From assembly GCA_017471825.1 (NCBI GenBank), contig JAFURQ010000013.1, positions 13,096-77,095 of the forward strand: a DNA stretch of 64,000 bases. Direction: 5' to 3'. This DNA is from Clostridia bacterium. GTDB taxonomy: Bacteria; Bacillota; Clostridia; Oscillospirales; CAG-272. The notes beneath the pieces were generated by a model that was given only the letters and a program-made list of their open reading frames with translations, did not search any database and had not been told where the DNA came from. Each line of letters opens with the position of its first letter. Position 1 is the stretch's first letter. The translations under genes and the position numbers were made by a program. Shown here one piece after another: positions 50,301 through 60,126 of this stretch.

Positions 50301-53145
50301 GGGCTACAAGCTCTACAACTTCACGCTGAAAATCAACTCCGCCCTCTCAAGCTTCGGCTTGTTCAGCAATAATAGCGGTACTATACGTAATTTAACCTTA
50401 GACGAGGTAATTTGTTCTGTCACAACCTCACCGACAAGCTACGGTGAGCATGATTACATCGGTATTCTGGTAGGTTTAAACAGCGGCACGATCTCGGGAT
50501 GCCATGTAATAAGCCCCAATTTCACCGTCACATCCTCCTGGTCACACGGCGGCAACATGCACACGACTCTTCATATCGGTGGTATGGTAGGACAAAACAA
50601 CGGAGCTATTGTTAACAGCAGCTCGTCAATAATTTTTACCGCTTTCGTTCGCGTAGTAAATAGCTATCCCTACTACAGAGACGATGTACACTGCCATTCA
50701 TATGCCAGAATCGGAGGACTTGTCGGTACAAACAGCGGAACTGTTTCCAACTCCAATGCAACCTCTGTGATAAGCGCTACCGGAGAGGCCGCAGGAAATA
50801 ACAAAGGCGGTGGCTCCTATAGCAGATTTATTACCGGCGGTCTTGTCGGTACAAATGAAGCAGACAAAGCAATAGATAAATGCTATGCAAGCACTTCAAT
50901 TACAACCGCAACAAGCGACCTTGGCGGAGGCGGATATCACGAGGGCTACATCGGCGGATTTGCGGGCATTAATCACGGTATAATTACCGAGGACTATGCA
51001 ATCGGCAATATAGACACTTACATTGGCAACACCAGCCACGTTGGCGGCTTTGTCGGCAATGTGGGCGCGAGCGGTGATATTTCCAATTGCTACACGACGG
51101 TAAGCGTTACAAGCTCACGTGCAAGCGACGTCGGCGGCTTCGTCGGCAGACTCTCGGGCTCTATTCAGAACTGCTACTCCGTTGGCGACGTTACCGTAAC
51201 CTCGGGCAGTAACGTAGCGGGCTTCGTAGGTGTAATGACCTCGGGTGGCGTTGCTAACAAGTGCTTTGCCACGGGCAACGTTAATGCGACGGCATCTAAC
51301 GCAGGCTTCTTCAGCGCAAACATCTCGAGCGGCACGGGTATAATCACAAACTGCTACTACTCGGCAAGTGCTACCGTTTTGAAGAGCGGCACCAAGCTTG
51401 AAAAAGCTGAGGAAAACGGCGCAAAGCGCGATTATCTGTCAAATATAACCAATCAGACGTTCCTGCAAAATAAAATGTATTTCTATCCCGAGTACTGGAT
51501 TTTCACCACAGGTACACCGGTGCTCAAATGGGAGATTGAAACGGACGGCGCGACTCTGACCGACGGTGGCCACTACTACTGCGCAATCTGCGGAAACGAG
51601 TTTGTAAACAGCACGTCCGCTACTCAATCGGCAATATACTACGACAGAGCTGCAACCTGCGACGCAGACGGCTTCCGCTACTTTGGATGCACGGTCTGTA
51701 ACAAGCACTTCGTCATAATAACCGATAAAGCGACCGGTCACAGCTACACCGACGACTCTGCGGGCAAGGATTTCTGTAACAACGACGTTACGGTAACCTA
51801 CACCTGCACGAACAGCGGCTGTAACCACACCTACACCGAGCAGCTGACTGCAACGGGTCACAGACACAATCACACCGACAGCTGCCTCGGCTGCGGCTAC
51901 ACGTACGTCTCTGCTACGTGCGATACCGACGGCTCTGTAAGCTTCATTTGTGACGACTGCGGCAACGCAGTAACCAAGGCAATCCCCGCAGATCACGTTT
52001 GGGAATTTGCGGCGTGGGAGGTCGAGCCTACCTGCTCGTCTGACGGATACGGTAAATTCGCCTGCACGCGTTGTGCGACAAACGGTGTGAGCACCGTCAA
52101 GCATGACTACGTGGAGGATAGCAAAATAGGTCACATGGACCTCACGGGTGACGGACTTTGCGACAGAGGCGGTTGTGAAGAGCCAATATACGATGCCACC
52201 GACGCTATCGAGATTTCCACGGCAGCAGAGCTCCTTGCTATAAGCAAGAATTCCGGCACCGGCTCACTCGGAGAAACCTATATTCTGATGGCTGACATTG
52301 ACCTTAATGGCGTAGCCTGGGAGCCGATCGGCAGTGCGCAAAGCCCCTTCACAGGCGTATTCCTGGGCAACGGCCACAAAATCAAAAACGTGCCGATTTT
52401 TGCAAGTGATATTACCCTTTACTACTGCGGACTTTTCGGCTACAACCAAGGCATCATCAGCAATCTCACTGTTCAGTACGATACCTACACGGCAGACTGC
52501 ACCAACCGCAACATAACCTTTGGCAGTATTGCCGCATACAACGACGGCACAATAAACAAATGTACCGTCGCGGGTAACATTGCTCTGAAATTCTTAACCA
52601 AAGCAGAGGTTAATGAAGCCGGAGCCTCGGCATCGGCTTCTCAAGCTGTAATCCTCGGACTCGTTACCGGTGTCAATAACGGCTTTGTCGTTGGATGTCA
52701 GGTTTCGGCTACCTATAGCTTCACGTTTGAAAGCTACGCTTATATGGGCAAGGAAATCAACGACGTAGCATTAGGACTGCTCACGAGCGGAAATTACAAG
52801 AATATGAACGTAAGCACCACTCAAAGCGTTAAGGCGGGAGCGATTTGCGGAGTAAACAATATGAGTATTACCAACTCTGCCGTTTCCGGCACGGGTAAGA
52901 TATACAACAACCTGTCACTCAGCAAATTTATGGATGGCAAGTGGGGCTACTTATCCGCAAGCTCCAATCAGAGCTTTGGCACCATTGCAGGCAACCAAAG
53001 CCTTGTCGGTATGCAAAACAATACCCACACGGGTGCGTTGACTTACTCTAATGCCGCAGGCGCATACAACCCCACCGAGGGTAACGACCCCGGCAGTACC
53101 TATTACAGAATGAGCTGTGAAACCACAGTCACCATATACGACTGA
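47332..53145 (+). CDS. 1937-aa lipoprotein: LRR_5 + Listeria-Bacteroides repeats + GLUG-like repeats + Cys-rich modules
   Basis: Lipobox LALSGC. Motifs HTFLGWSTDG, YDFVGYEYNG, YTFVGWFTEE, YDFVGWKDENG. Repeated GG(L/F)VG...N(C/S)Y units. Modules such as ATCDTDGSVSFICDDCG. Confidence 0.85.
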   Translation: MSLSKITKRITVLTMVLITVLLSLALSGCAEDTTELVYELSDDGTGYLVNTEGNFIGTEVTIPATHEGLPVLGIAYKAFKKCENLETVVIESGGEGNEDFLISSEAFKKCKALKSVTVNRSGNITVGNEAFSKCENFQSFNITRAEGVALDYYCFEYTNNLTVSISGADVDIKSSVFFEVGESSTLNLTDCTGELRGYYTNLNLVNCTFDVVEGIADNLVLDNTKLLDDEMCYYAGNATFRGTVIYHNNYEDSWISSDGGIIKNLVIESIGEGSEFSQVFDGEYYPLANNITIGSGITQIPSGVFGNMPTSGLTDWSCKDPLTVTYGGASAIFKQLPYDPLNNGNLLRGEYTLNSADGQPATVTFVDSDGKTVATVDTTIGSALSYDDYPLLNMSLVPGEIVNSYFKDANRTEAWVINSTILGDTTVYVSYVDRALLQKAEIERTNNGLVFTSKDNSTFACEYDRYSPVTLDRIKASFEQNEFATLNFYADAEGTTSVPLIIHEIGTTYVYAHVTSYDKSVTNVYVLEITIKDVYEITFMSDGSSYHHANCTEGNTLWFPNDPYKRGHTFLGWSTDGTEDGIISKIDYVPTATHTLTAVFKQDIYTLKIEGTDLEYQVVWAQSVPLPLAESRDYYDFVGYEYNGELVTDYINENGCGMQRYFFEESITVKPRYLPVSYGVVLYNGTLNETIFFTVEDDDITLPTPTKDWYTFVGWFTEENGGGEQIATIETSTPESRYLYAHFEPTGYTVRFMDGETVIDTQSFDHNNQSIVPPTVPQKDGYTSEWPNFSIVPKDFDVQVERTPIHYIINYEDTFGSTHGNPYTYTVEDTITFVSPSREHYDFVGWKDENGQIITGISKGSIGNITVTAQWEIAKYTVYMFTGDNTYTTQKVQYNTVFNVDAIEIPTATNKLFVGWYNEDYTEQITGKITVTGTVNLYAKWLDSVAISTFEDFEKIRENPAGTFHLAGDVDMRGELVTPISDFSGVIDGMGYKLYNFTLKINSALSSFGLFSNNSGTIRNLTLDEVICSVTTSPTSYGEHDYIGILVGLNSGTISGCHVISPNFTVTSSWSHGGNMHTTLHIGGMVGQNNGAIVNSSSSIIFTAFVRVVNSYPYYRDDVHCHSYARIGGLVGTNSGTVSNSNATSVISATGEAAGNNKGGGSYSRFITGGLVGTNEADKAIDKCYASTSITTATSDLGGGGYHEGYIGGFAGINHGIITEDYAIGNIDTYIGNTSHVGGFVGNVGASGDISNCYTTVSVTSSRASDVGGFVGRLSGSIQNCYSVGDVTVTSGSNVAGFVGVMTSGGVANKCFATGNVNATASNAGFFSANISSGTGIITNCYYSASATVLKSGTKLEKAEENGAKRDYLSNITNQTFLQNKMYFYPEYWIFTTGTPVLKWEIETDGATLTDGGHYYCAICGNEFVNSTSATQSAIYYDRAATCDADGFRYFGCTVCNKHFVIITDKATGHSYTDDSAGKDFCNNDVTVTYTCTNSGCNHTYTEQLTATGHRHNHTDSCLGCGYTYVSATCDTDGSVSFICDDCGNAVTKAIPADHVWEFAAWEVEPTCSSDGYGKFACTRCATNGVSTVKHDYVEDSKIGHMDLTGDGLCDRGGCEEPIYDATDAIEISTAAELLAISKNSGTGSLGETYILMADIDLNGVAWEPIGSAQSPFTGVFLGNGHKIKNVPIFASDITLYYCGLFGYNQGIISNLTVQYDTYTADCTNRNITFGSIAAYNDGTINKCTVAGNIALKFLTKAEVNEAGASASASQAVILGLVTGVNNGFVVGCQVSATYSFTFESYAYMGKEINDVALGLLTSGNYKNMNVSTTQSVKAGAICGVNNMSITNSAVSGTGKIYNNLSLSKFMDGKWGYLSASSNQSFGTIAGNQSLVGMQNNTHTGALTYSNAAGAYNPTEGNDPGSTYYRMSCETTVTIYD

Positions 53146-53168
53146 TTCCAAATAGCATAAAACAAACG

Positions 53169-53210
53169 GAGCAAGAACAGGGCGCTTCCCTGTTCTTGCT
53201 CTATTTTTTC
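53169..53210 (+). terminator. Intrinsic terminator
   Basis: GAGCAAGAACAGGG-CGCTT-CCCTGTTCTTGCTC + TATTTTTT. Confidence 0.8.
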
Positions 53211-53294
53211 AACCGATATTTAAATGTGCAGAAGCAGATTTCGTTATTGCTTTTCTTTTGAACTTATGCTATACTCGTATCGAGAGGTAATTAT

Positions 53295-54476
53295 ATGAGC
53301 TCACTTTTAATTGCAATTATTTATCTGGCGTTTATAAGCCTTGGACTTCCGGACTCGTTGTTGGGGTCGGCATGGCCCGAGATGCACCAGCAGATGAGCA
53401 TGCCGCTGTCGGCGGCAGGAATAATAACCATGCTCGTGTCTTTGGGTACGGTTCTTTCAAGTCTTTTATCCGACAAAATTACGAGAAAATTTCACACGGG
53501 GCCGGTTGTAACCGTAAGCGTCGCACTCACGATGGTAGGACTTTTCGGTTTTTCCTTCTCTACGCATTTTTGGATGCTTTGTGTCATTGCACTCCCTTAC
53601 GGCTTAGGTGCAGGCGCCATAGATGCGGCACTTAACAACTACGTTGCGCTCCACTACTCTTCGAGACATATGAGCTGGCTCCATTCCTTTTGGGGTGTTG
53701 GAACGATAATCAGCCCATACGTAATGAGCTACGCCATAACGGGAGGTCTCGGTTGGGACGGCGGCTACCGCATAATAGGTATAATTCAGTCCTGCATTTT
53801 ATTGCTTTTGATTATCACGCTTCCCCTTTGGATTAAAGTTGAAAGATCGAATCTTAAATACACACCAAAAATAGAAACCGAGCCGATTGGTGTGCGCGGA
53901 GCGTTGAAAATTAAAGGAGTTCCGTACGTTCTTATCGGATTCTTATCTTACTGCGCTGTTGAAGCAACCGTTATGCTCTGGGCAAGCTCGTATTTCTTTG
54001 AGGCAAACTCGGCAAGCGAGGAGCTTTCTGCCGCTCTCGGCTCTTTATTCTTCATAGGCATAACGGTAGGGCGATTCGCCGCAGGATTTATTTCAAATCG
54101 CATAGGAGACAAAAATATGATACGCGCAGGTATTGCTATAAGCGGATGCGGTATCATAATAATTGCTCTGTCTTTTAGCAGTATTCCCGTATCAATTATC
54201 GGTTTTTTGCTTATCGGAATCGGATTTGCCCCAATATACCCGTCTATAATACACGCAACCCCTATTAACTTCGGTGAGGAAAATTCACAGTCAATTATAG
54301 GTATACAAATGGCTTCAGCATACGTTGGCTCGACCTTCACCCCGACTCTATTCGGTCTTATCGCAAGATATACCGACATACGAATTATGCCCGTCTTTCT
54401 TGCTATATTTGTGCTTATTACTCTATTGATGACGGAATTGCTGAACAAAACAGTCGCAAAAAAACAACCGTTATGA
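53295..54476 (+). CDS. MFS transporter
   Basis: 393 aa, about 12 TM helices, N-terminus LGLPDSLLGSAWPEM typical of an MFS subfamily. Confidence 0.8.
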   Translation: MSSLLIAIIYLAFISLGLPDSLLGSAWPEMHQQMSMPLSAAGIITMLVSLGTVLSSLLSDKITRKFHTGPVVTVSVALTMVGLFGFSFSTHFWMLCVIALPYGLGAGAIDAALNNYVALHYSSRHMSWLHSFWGVGTIISPYVMSYAITGGLGWDGGYRIIGIIQSCILLLLIITLPLWIKVERSNLKYTPKIETEPIGVRGALKIKGVPYVLIGFLSYCAVEATVMLWASSYFFEANSASEELSAALGSLFFIGITVGRFAAGFISNRIGDKNMIRAGIAISGCGIIIIALSFSSIPVSIIGFLLIGIGFAPIYPSIIHATPINFGEENSQSIIGIQMASAYVGSTFTPTLFGLIARYTDIRIMPVFLAIFVLITLLMTELLNKTVAKKQPL

Positions 54477-54483
54477 GGTCTAT

Positions 54484-55062
54484 ATGAAAAAGAACGTTAT
54501 ATTTTTTGATTTTTTCGGCGTTATTTGCTCTGAAATCGCGCCAATCTGGTTTGAGAGATACTTCCCTGCCGAAAAAGCGGCACAAATCAAGCACGCGGTG
54601 TGCTCTGGCGGCGACCTCGGACTTGTCAGCGAGGAGGAAATGTTCTCAAAAATTTCCGAATTTATGAGCATTCCTGCCGAGCAGATACAGGCGGAATGGT
54701 ACGGTATGGCAGTTATAAACACTGAGCTTGTTGAATATATTCTTGAACTGAAGAAAAAGCATCCGATTTACCTATTATCGAACGCTATCGGGAGCTTTCT
54801 TCACAGAATTCTTGAGAAAAACGGGCTCTACTGGCTTTTTGACAGAATATTCATTTCGAGTGAAATGAAGAAGGCGAAGCCCGACACCGAATACTTTACC
54901 TCGGTGCTGCGTGAGCTTGGGGTTGATGCCGAGCAAGCAGTGATGATAGACGACAACGGGAAAAACATACTCGGTGCGCGCACCGCAGGGATAGACGGAA
55001 TAGTTTTCCGAAATAATGAGCAATTAAAAAAGGAGCTTGAGGTTTATTTTGAAGCTAACTAA
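54484..55062 (+). CDS. HAD-superfamily hydrolase (subfamily IA-like)
   Basis: Motif I VIFFDFFGVI, motif II LLSNA, motif IV MIDDNGKNILGA. Confidence 0.75.
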   Translation: MKKNVIFFDFFGVICSEIAPIWFERYFPAEKAAQIKHAVCSGGDLGLVSEEEMFSKISEFMSIPAEQIQAEWYGMAVINTELVEYILELKKKHPIYLLSNAIGSFLHRILEKNGLYWLFDRIFISSEMKKAKPDTEYFTSVLRELGVDAEQAVMIDDNGKNILGARTAGIDGIVFRNNEQLKKELEVYFEAN

Positions 55063-55585
55063 TATTTTTAAGCATTTTTGGCTTATAGTGCGGCACAAGC
55101 ACAAGGTTTTTATCCATTGCTGTAAATGCGGTATTGTGTGGCGCGGCATAGTGCACGACCTTTCAAAATTTTCGCCGACCGAATTTTTCGAAAGCGTGAA
55201 ATACTTCAAGGGCTACCGCTCGCCAATCGGGGTATGCAGACGCGAAAAGGGCGTGAGCCTTGCGTGGCTTCACCATAAGGGCAGAAACAAGCATCATATC
55301 GAGTACTGGCTCGACCCCGATTGCCCCGAGCCGCCACTGATGCCATATAAATACGCGGTTGAATGCGTGTGCGACAAGCTCGCCGCCACAAAAATATACA
55401 AGGGCAAGGACTACTCGCCCGAGATGGCTCTGGACCACTGGACAGCGTATGGCAGTAAAGTTGCGGGCAACCCAAAAACCATGAAATTCGTAGAAACCGT
55501 ATTCACCGACCTCAAGGAGCTTGGCGAAAAACGGGTATTCAATAAAAAGTATATGAAAGAAACGTACGCAAGAATTTGCGAATAA
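55037..55585 (+). CDS. Conserved hypothetical His-rich protein (DUF5662-like)
   Basis: HFWLIVRHKHKVFIHCCKCGIVWRGIVHDLSKFSPTEF...WLHHKGRNKHHIEYW. The true start may be TTG 55049. Overlaps the HAD gene end. Confidence 0.5.
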   Translation: MRFILKLTNIFKHFWLIVRHKHKVFIHCCKCGIVWRGIVHDLSKFSPTEFFESVKYFKGYRSPIGVCRREKGVSLAWLHHKGRNKHHIEYWLDPDCPEPPLMPYKYAVECVCDKLAATKIYKGKDYSPEMALDHWTAYGSKVAGNPKTMKFVETVFTDLKELGEKRVFNKKYMKETYARICE

Positions 55586-55618
55586 AAAATCTCTCGCAGC
55601 AAGCGAGAGATTTTTTTA
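55584..55618. terminator. Bidirectional terminator
   Basis: AAAAA-ATCTCTCGC-AGCAA-GCGAGAGAT-TTTTTT. Confidence 0.8.
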
Positions 55619-55670
55619 TTTTATTGCGTACCGTAATGGAATAAAATGTTTGTTTTATTCCATTTTTCGA

Positions 55671-56963
55671 TTATTTTATCTTAATTTCGTCGCTCTTTAC
55701 GGATATGCTCGCGGAATAGAATCGGGAAAGCGCGAGAATAAGCGCCTCAAGGTCGCGGACGCCTGCCGTTTCAACCGCAGAGTGCATTGCGAGCTGGGGC
55801 ATACCGATATCCACTGTGAAAACCGAAACCTTAGTGTTTGCTATTGAGCCGAGCGTTGAGCCGCCGGGCATATCGGCACGGTTGCAATAGCTTTGTGTGC
55901 TGACACCTGCGAGCTCGCATATACGTGTGAATACACCTGCGGAGATTCCGTCGGTTGCGTATTTCTGGTTAGCATTATATTTTATAGCAATACCGCCGTT
56001 GACTACGGGTGCATTCTCGGAGTCGGATAGCTCGGGATGATTGGGGTGCTTTGCGTGGGCGTTATCTGCGCTTATCATAAAGCTGTTAGACAGAGCGCGC
56101 AAATATTTTTCATTATCGGGGATTATTCTCGAGAGAGTGTCATAGAAGAAGGTCGATGCCGCCCCCTGCTTCGTATCGGAGCCGACCTCCTCATTATCAA
56201 AGACTGCAAGGGCGGGGATCATATCCGCATTGCCGCCCGAAAGGAAGCCCTCAAGCGATGAGTAAACGCAGGCAAGGTCATCGAGGCGCGGACATAGCAT
56301 AAGCTCATCCTTTGCTCCAAGGACTCTTCCCTCCTCGCGAACGTAGAGGAACAAATCGTGCGATATAATATCCCCCTCATTTATTCCGAGCTCGGACGCG
56401 ATCAGTGCGTTAAGCTTTATTTCTTCGCCACTCGCAGAAAAGAGAGGTATCATATCCTGCGCAGGATTCGGAGCAAAGCCGTCGTTTACCCTTCTGTTCA
56501 TATGGATGGCTATGCTGGGGATAACGAGAAGATCTCTGTCGACGTTTAAGAGCCTGCTCTTTATTCCGTCAGCAGATCTCGTAACGACTCTTCCCGCGAT
56601 TGAGAGCGGACGGTCGAGCCAGGAGTACATAATCATTCCGCCGTAGCGCTCGGTCGCAATTCGGGTGTATGCACCGCAAGCGGACGCGCCGGAGGGCTTG
56701 ACCTTAAACGAGGGGGAATCACCGTGAGATGCCACTATTGAGAAGCCAACCGCGGAATCGTTGTATCTAAAGGCAATCAGGGAGGTGCCGTTTTTAACCG
56801 TGAAATATCCCTTGCCATTCTCGAGTGACCACGCATCCCCCTCGGCAAGCTCTGTATAGCCGTTGCCAAGGAGTGAGTCGCGAACTGTGGCAACCGCGTG
56901 ATATGCGGTGGGGGATTTTTTTATAAATTCAAAGAGCCCGTTTGAATAATTTTTAACGCTCAT
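55671..56963 (-). CDS. M18-family aminopeptidase
   Basis: N-terminus FEFIKKSPTAYHAV..., SHGDSPSFKVKP, and FDNEEVGS are typical of M18 aspartyl aminopeptidases. Confidence 0.85.
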   Translation of the reverse strand: MSVKNYSNGLFEFIKKSPTAYHAVATVRDSLLGNGYTELAEGDAWSLENGKGYFTVKNGTSLIAFRYNDSAVGFSIVASHGDSPSFKVKPSGASACGAYTRIATERYGGMIMYSWLDRPLSIAGRVVTRSADGIKSRLLNVDRDLLVIPSIAIHMNRRVNDGFAPNPAQDMIPLFSASGEEIKLNALIASELGINEGDIISHDLFLYVREEGRVLGAKDELMLCPRLDDLACVYSSLEGFLSGGNADMIPALAVFDNEEVGSDTKQGAASTFFYDTLSRIIPDNEKYLRALSNSFMISADNAHAKHPNHPELSDSENAPVVNGGIAIKYNANQKYATDGISAGVFTRICELAGVSTQSYCNRADMPGGSTLGSIANTKVSVFTVDIGMPQLAMHSAVETAGVRDLEALILALSRFYSASISVKSDEIKIK

Positions 56964-57085
56964 TGATAATCTCCTTATAATTTCGTTTTATATATTTTAC
57001 TACTATTTTCAAAGAAAGTCAACTTTCTATTGAAAAGTGAGGAAATTTCTGCTAAAATATTAAAAGAACAACAAAGGAGGCTTAT

Positions 57086-58504
57086 ATGCTGAACGTTTCC
57101 GATTATCCGTCTGCCGAACGAGTGTTTCACTTTTTTGAGGAGATTTCGAAAATACCTCACGGATCAGGCAATACGGACAAAATTGCCGACTATCTCGTAG
57201 GGTTTGCAAACGAGCACGCCCTTTACGTAAGGCGCGATGAAGCAAACAACGTTATTATACGCAAAAACGCGACACGGGGGTACACCGACAGACCAACCGT
57301 TATTCTCCAGGGGCACACCGATATGGTCGCCGAGAAGACCCACGACTGCACGAAAAATATGCTCACTGACGGGCTTGATATTTACCGCGACGGAGATCTC
57401 ATCCGCGCTCGCGGAACAACGCTCGGCGGCGACGACGGAGTTGCCGTTGCTATGGCTCTTGCCATTCTCGATTCAAATGACATACCGCACCCCGAGCTTG
57501 AAGCAATATTCACCTCCGATGAGGAAATCGGGCTTCTCGGCGCGGTTGCTCTTAATACGGGCGACGTGAGAGGAAGGCTGCTCATAAACATAGATTCCGA
57601 CGTTGAAGGAATTTTCACCGTTGGATGCGCAGGAGGCATGAGGATCGACCTTCACGTGCCTATGCGTGTAACAAATTCGGCGAAAAAATGCTTTGAAATC
57701 AGCGTTACGGGCCTCAAGGGCGGACATAGCGGCATAGAGATTGACAAGGGCCGCGAAAACGCAGTTAAGATACTCGCAATGATGCTCTCTATGCTTAGCG
57801 CAAGGCTCGCAGACGTGCGCGGAGGAAATGCGGATAACGCAATACCGAGGGCGGCAAGCGCAGTTATCGAGTGCGGTGAGCGTTCGGCAGAGGATGTTCT
57901 TTCACTCTGCGAGCTCATCGCGGGCGAATACCGGGAAATCGAGCCTGAAATTTCCGTTACCGTGAAGGAATACGGTGATGCGGTTATCTGCGATGCGGAG
58001 TCCTCAGAGAATCTGGTTTCTCTTCTTATGGAGGAGCCGAGCGGCGTTATCGCTATGAGCTCGGATATTGAAGGTCTTGTCGAAACGTCACTGAATCTCG
58101 GCATTTTGAAATGTGAGGGGGGCGAGGCTGTTATTTCCTTCTCCGTCCGCTCTGCAAAGGGCTCGGAAAAGGCAAAGCTTGCCACCCGTGTAACAAAAAC
58201 GGCAGAAAATCACGGTGCGACCTACGCCATTCACGGCGAGTATCCCGCGTGGGAATACCGTAAGGATTCTCACCTGCGTGACGTCATGTGCGAGGTTTAT
58301 CGCAGAATGTATCAAAAGGAAGCGCAGGTTGTCACGATTCACGCCGGGCTTGAGTGCGGAATATTCTGCGACAAAATAGAGGGGCTTGACTGCGTTTCTA
58401 TAGGCCCGGATAACTACGATATTCACACCACCGAGGAGCGCCTTTCGGTTTCCTCGACCGCAAGGGTGTGGGAGTTTCTCAAGGAAGTTTTAAAAAACAT
58501 ATAA
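57086..58504 (+). CDS. pepD: Aminoacyl-histidine (Xaa-His) dipeptidase, M20C
   Basis: FFEEISKIPHGSGN..., ILQGHTDMV, GTTLGGDDG, FTSDEEIGLLGA. Confidence 0.9.
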   Translation: MLNVSDYPSAERVFHFFEEISKIPHGSGNTDKIADYLVGFANEHALYVRRDEANNVIIRKNATRGYTDRPTVILQGHTDMVAEKTHDCTKNMLTDGLDIYRDGDLIRARGTTLGGDDGVAVAMALAILDSNDIPHPELEAIFTSDEEIGLLGAVALNTGDVRGRLLINIDSDVEGIFTVGCAGGMRIDLHVPMRVTNSAKKCFEISVTGLKGGHSGIEIDKGRENAVKILAMMLSMLSARLADVRGGNADNAIPRAASAVIECGERSAEDVLSLCELIAGEYREIEPEISVTVKEYGDAVICDAESSENLVSLLMEEPSGVIAMSSDIEGLVETSLNLGILKCEGGEAVISFSVRSAKGSEKAKLATRVTKTAENHGATYAIHGEYPAWEYRKDSHLRDVMCEVYRRMYQKEAQVVTIHAGLECGIFCDKIEGLDCVSIGPDNYDIHTTEERLSVSSTARVWEFLKEVLKNI

Positions 58505-58514
58505 GGAGATAAAA

Positions 58515-59741
58515 ATGAATAAAACAAAGCTTAGAAAATACGCGGCACTTATAGCAAAATGCGGCATCAACGTTCATAAAAAGCAGGACGTTATAATTCA
58601 GGCAGAGCTTGATCAACCCGAGTTTGTCGAAATGCTCGTGAAGGAGTGCTACAAGGCGGGAGCAAAAAAGGTATGGGTTGAATGGACGCACCAGCCGCTT
58701 TCCGCAATCAGCACCAGATACTGCACCGAAAAGGTTCTCGGCTCACTTGAGGACTGGCAGGTTGCGAAATGGGAATGGCAGGCGGAAACACTTCCCTGCA
58801 AGATTTATCTTACCTCCGAGGATCCCGACGGTCTTGCGGGAATCGATCAGAAAAAATATGCGGCGGCAACCGCAAAGCGCTCTAAGATAATCAAGCCCAT
58901 CAGACGCAAAATGGAGAACAAATATCAGTGGTGTATAGCCGCTGTCCCCGGAGCCGCTTGGGCAAAAAAGGTTTTCCCCGGTGTTCGCACGAGCGTTGCA
59001 GTTGAAAAGCTGTGGGAGGCTATCTTCACCGCGGCGAGAATCACCGACGACCCGATTCTCGAGTGGGAGAAGCATAACAAGGATCTGGCAAAGCGCTGTG
59101 AATATCTCAACTCACTCGGCATAAGACAGCTACACTACACAGCCTCGAACGGCACTAATCTTACGGTTGGAATGATTCACGAGGCTACGTTCATGGCAGG
59201 CGGCGAATACACCCAAGGATCAAACATTTATTTCAACCCGAATATTCCGACCGAGGAGGTATTCACAACTCCGAAAAGAGGCGAGGCCGAGGGTATGGTT
59301 TGCTCATCGCTCCCGCTCTCCTACGGCGGACAGCTTATAGATAATTTCTGGTTCAAATTCGAGGGCGGAAAAATCGTGGACTGCGGTGCTGAGCAAAATG
59401 CGGATATGCTCCGCGAGATGATCTCTATGGACGAGGGTGCCGCGTATCTGGGCGAATGTGCTCTCGTGCCGTACTCCTCACCTATAAGAAAGAGCGGAAT
59501 ACTTTTCTACAATACCCTTTTTGATGAAAATGCGGCGTGCCATCTGGCAGTAGGAATGGGATTCACTAACGTTCTTCGCGATTTTGAAAAATACTCCGAC
59601 GAGGAGGCAAAGGCTCTCGGTGTTAACGATTCGGTTATCCACGTTGACTTTATGATAGGAACGAAGGATATGAGCATCACAGCACTTTGCGAGGACGGAA
59701 GAAGCGTTGAAATATTCAAGAACGGCGAATGGGCGTTCTGA
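58515..59741 (+). CDS. M29-family aminopeptidase (AmpS/PepS-like)
   Basis: KLRKYAALIAKCGINVHKKQDVII...KVWVEW and the C-terminal HLAVGMGF...HVDFMIG motifs. Confidence 0.88.
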   Translation: MNKTKLRKYAALIAKCGINVHKKQDVIIQAELDQPEFVEMLVKECYKAGAKKVWVEWTHQPLSAISTRYCTEKVLGSLEDWQVAKWEWQAETLPCKIYLTSEDPDGLAGIDQKKYAAATAKRSKIIKPIRRKMENKYQWCIAAVPGAAWAKKVFPGVRTSVAVEKLWEAIFTAARITDDPILEWEKHNKDLAKRCEYLNSLGIRQLHYTASNGTNLTVGMIHEATFMAGGEYTQGSNIYFNPNIPTEEVFTTPKRGEAEGMVCSSLPLSYGGQLIDNFWFKFEGGKIVDCGAEQNADMLREMISMDEGAAYLGECALVPYSSPIRKSGILFYNTLFDENAACHLAVGMGFTNVLRDFEKYSDEEAKALGVNDSVIHVDFMIGTKDMSITALCEDGRSVEIFKNGEWAF

Positions 59742-59744
59742 TAA

Positions 59745-59779
59745 AAAAGAAAAGGCGGTCAAACCGCCTTTTCTTTTTT
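59745..59779. terminator. Bidirectional terminator
   Basis: AAAAGAAAAGGCGG-N5-CCGCCTTTTCTTTT. Confidence 0.8.
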
Positions 59780-59785
59780 AAGTAA

Positions 59786-60031
59786 TTATTCCGCCTTGAT
59801 AACCTTGCACTGCACGAGAATCTCGATAACGATACCCGCAACAACGTAAACGTCGAGAAGCGCACCGAGAAGCGGGCAAAGTATGTTGAGCACGGGAATG
59901 TTGCCGAAAAGTCCTATAAGAAGACCGCCGACGATTCCTGCAACAACATATATGATTATGCCGATAACAAGGTTTGCCGCCTCACCAACGTACTTGAAGG
60001 AAAGGGGGAAGATTTTCTTGAGAAGATCCAT
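59786..60031 (-). CDS. Small two-TM membrane protein
   Basis: 81-aa ORF with AAGGAG RBS. Hydrophobic, Gly-rich helices. Confidence 0.55.
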   Translation of the reverse strand: MDLLKKIFPLSFKYVGEAANLVIGIIIYVVAGIVGGLLIGLFGNIPVLNILCPLLGALLDVYVVAGIVIEILVQCKVIKAE

Positions 60032-60126
60032 TTTCTGCTCCTTTTCAAAATTATCTTATCTGTCTTTCTCGAAAAGAATTACACTATAACGATTATATAC
60101 CCCGATTTTGAAATTGTCAATACATT

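Noticed and set aside
55671-59741. Clustering of three peptidase genes (M18, PepD, M29) as a special system
   Set aside because: The genes are in different orientations with their own promoters and terminators. This is ordinary peptide-catabolism housekeeping content.
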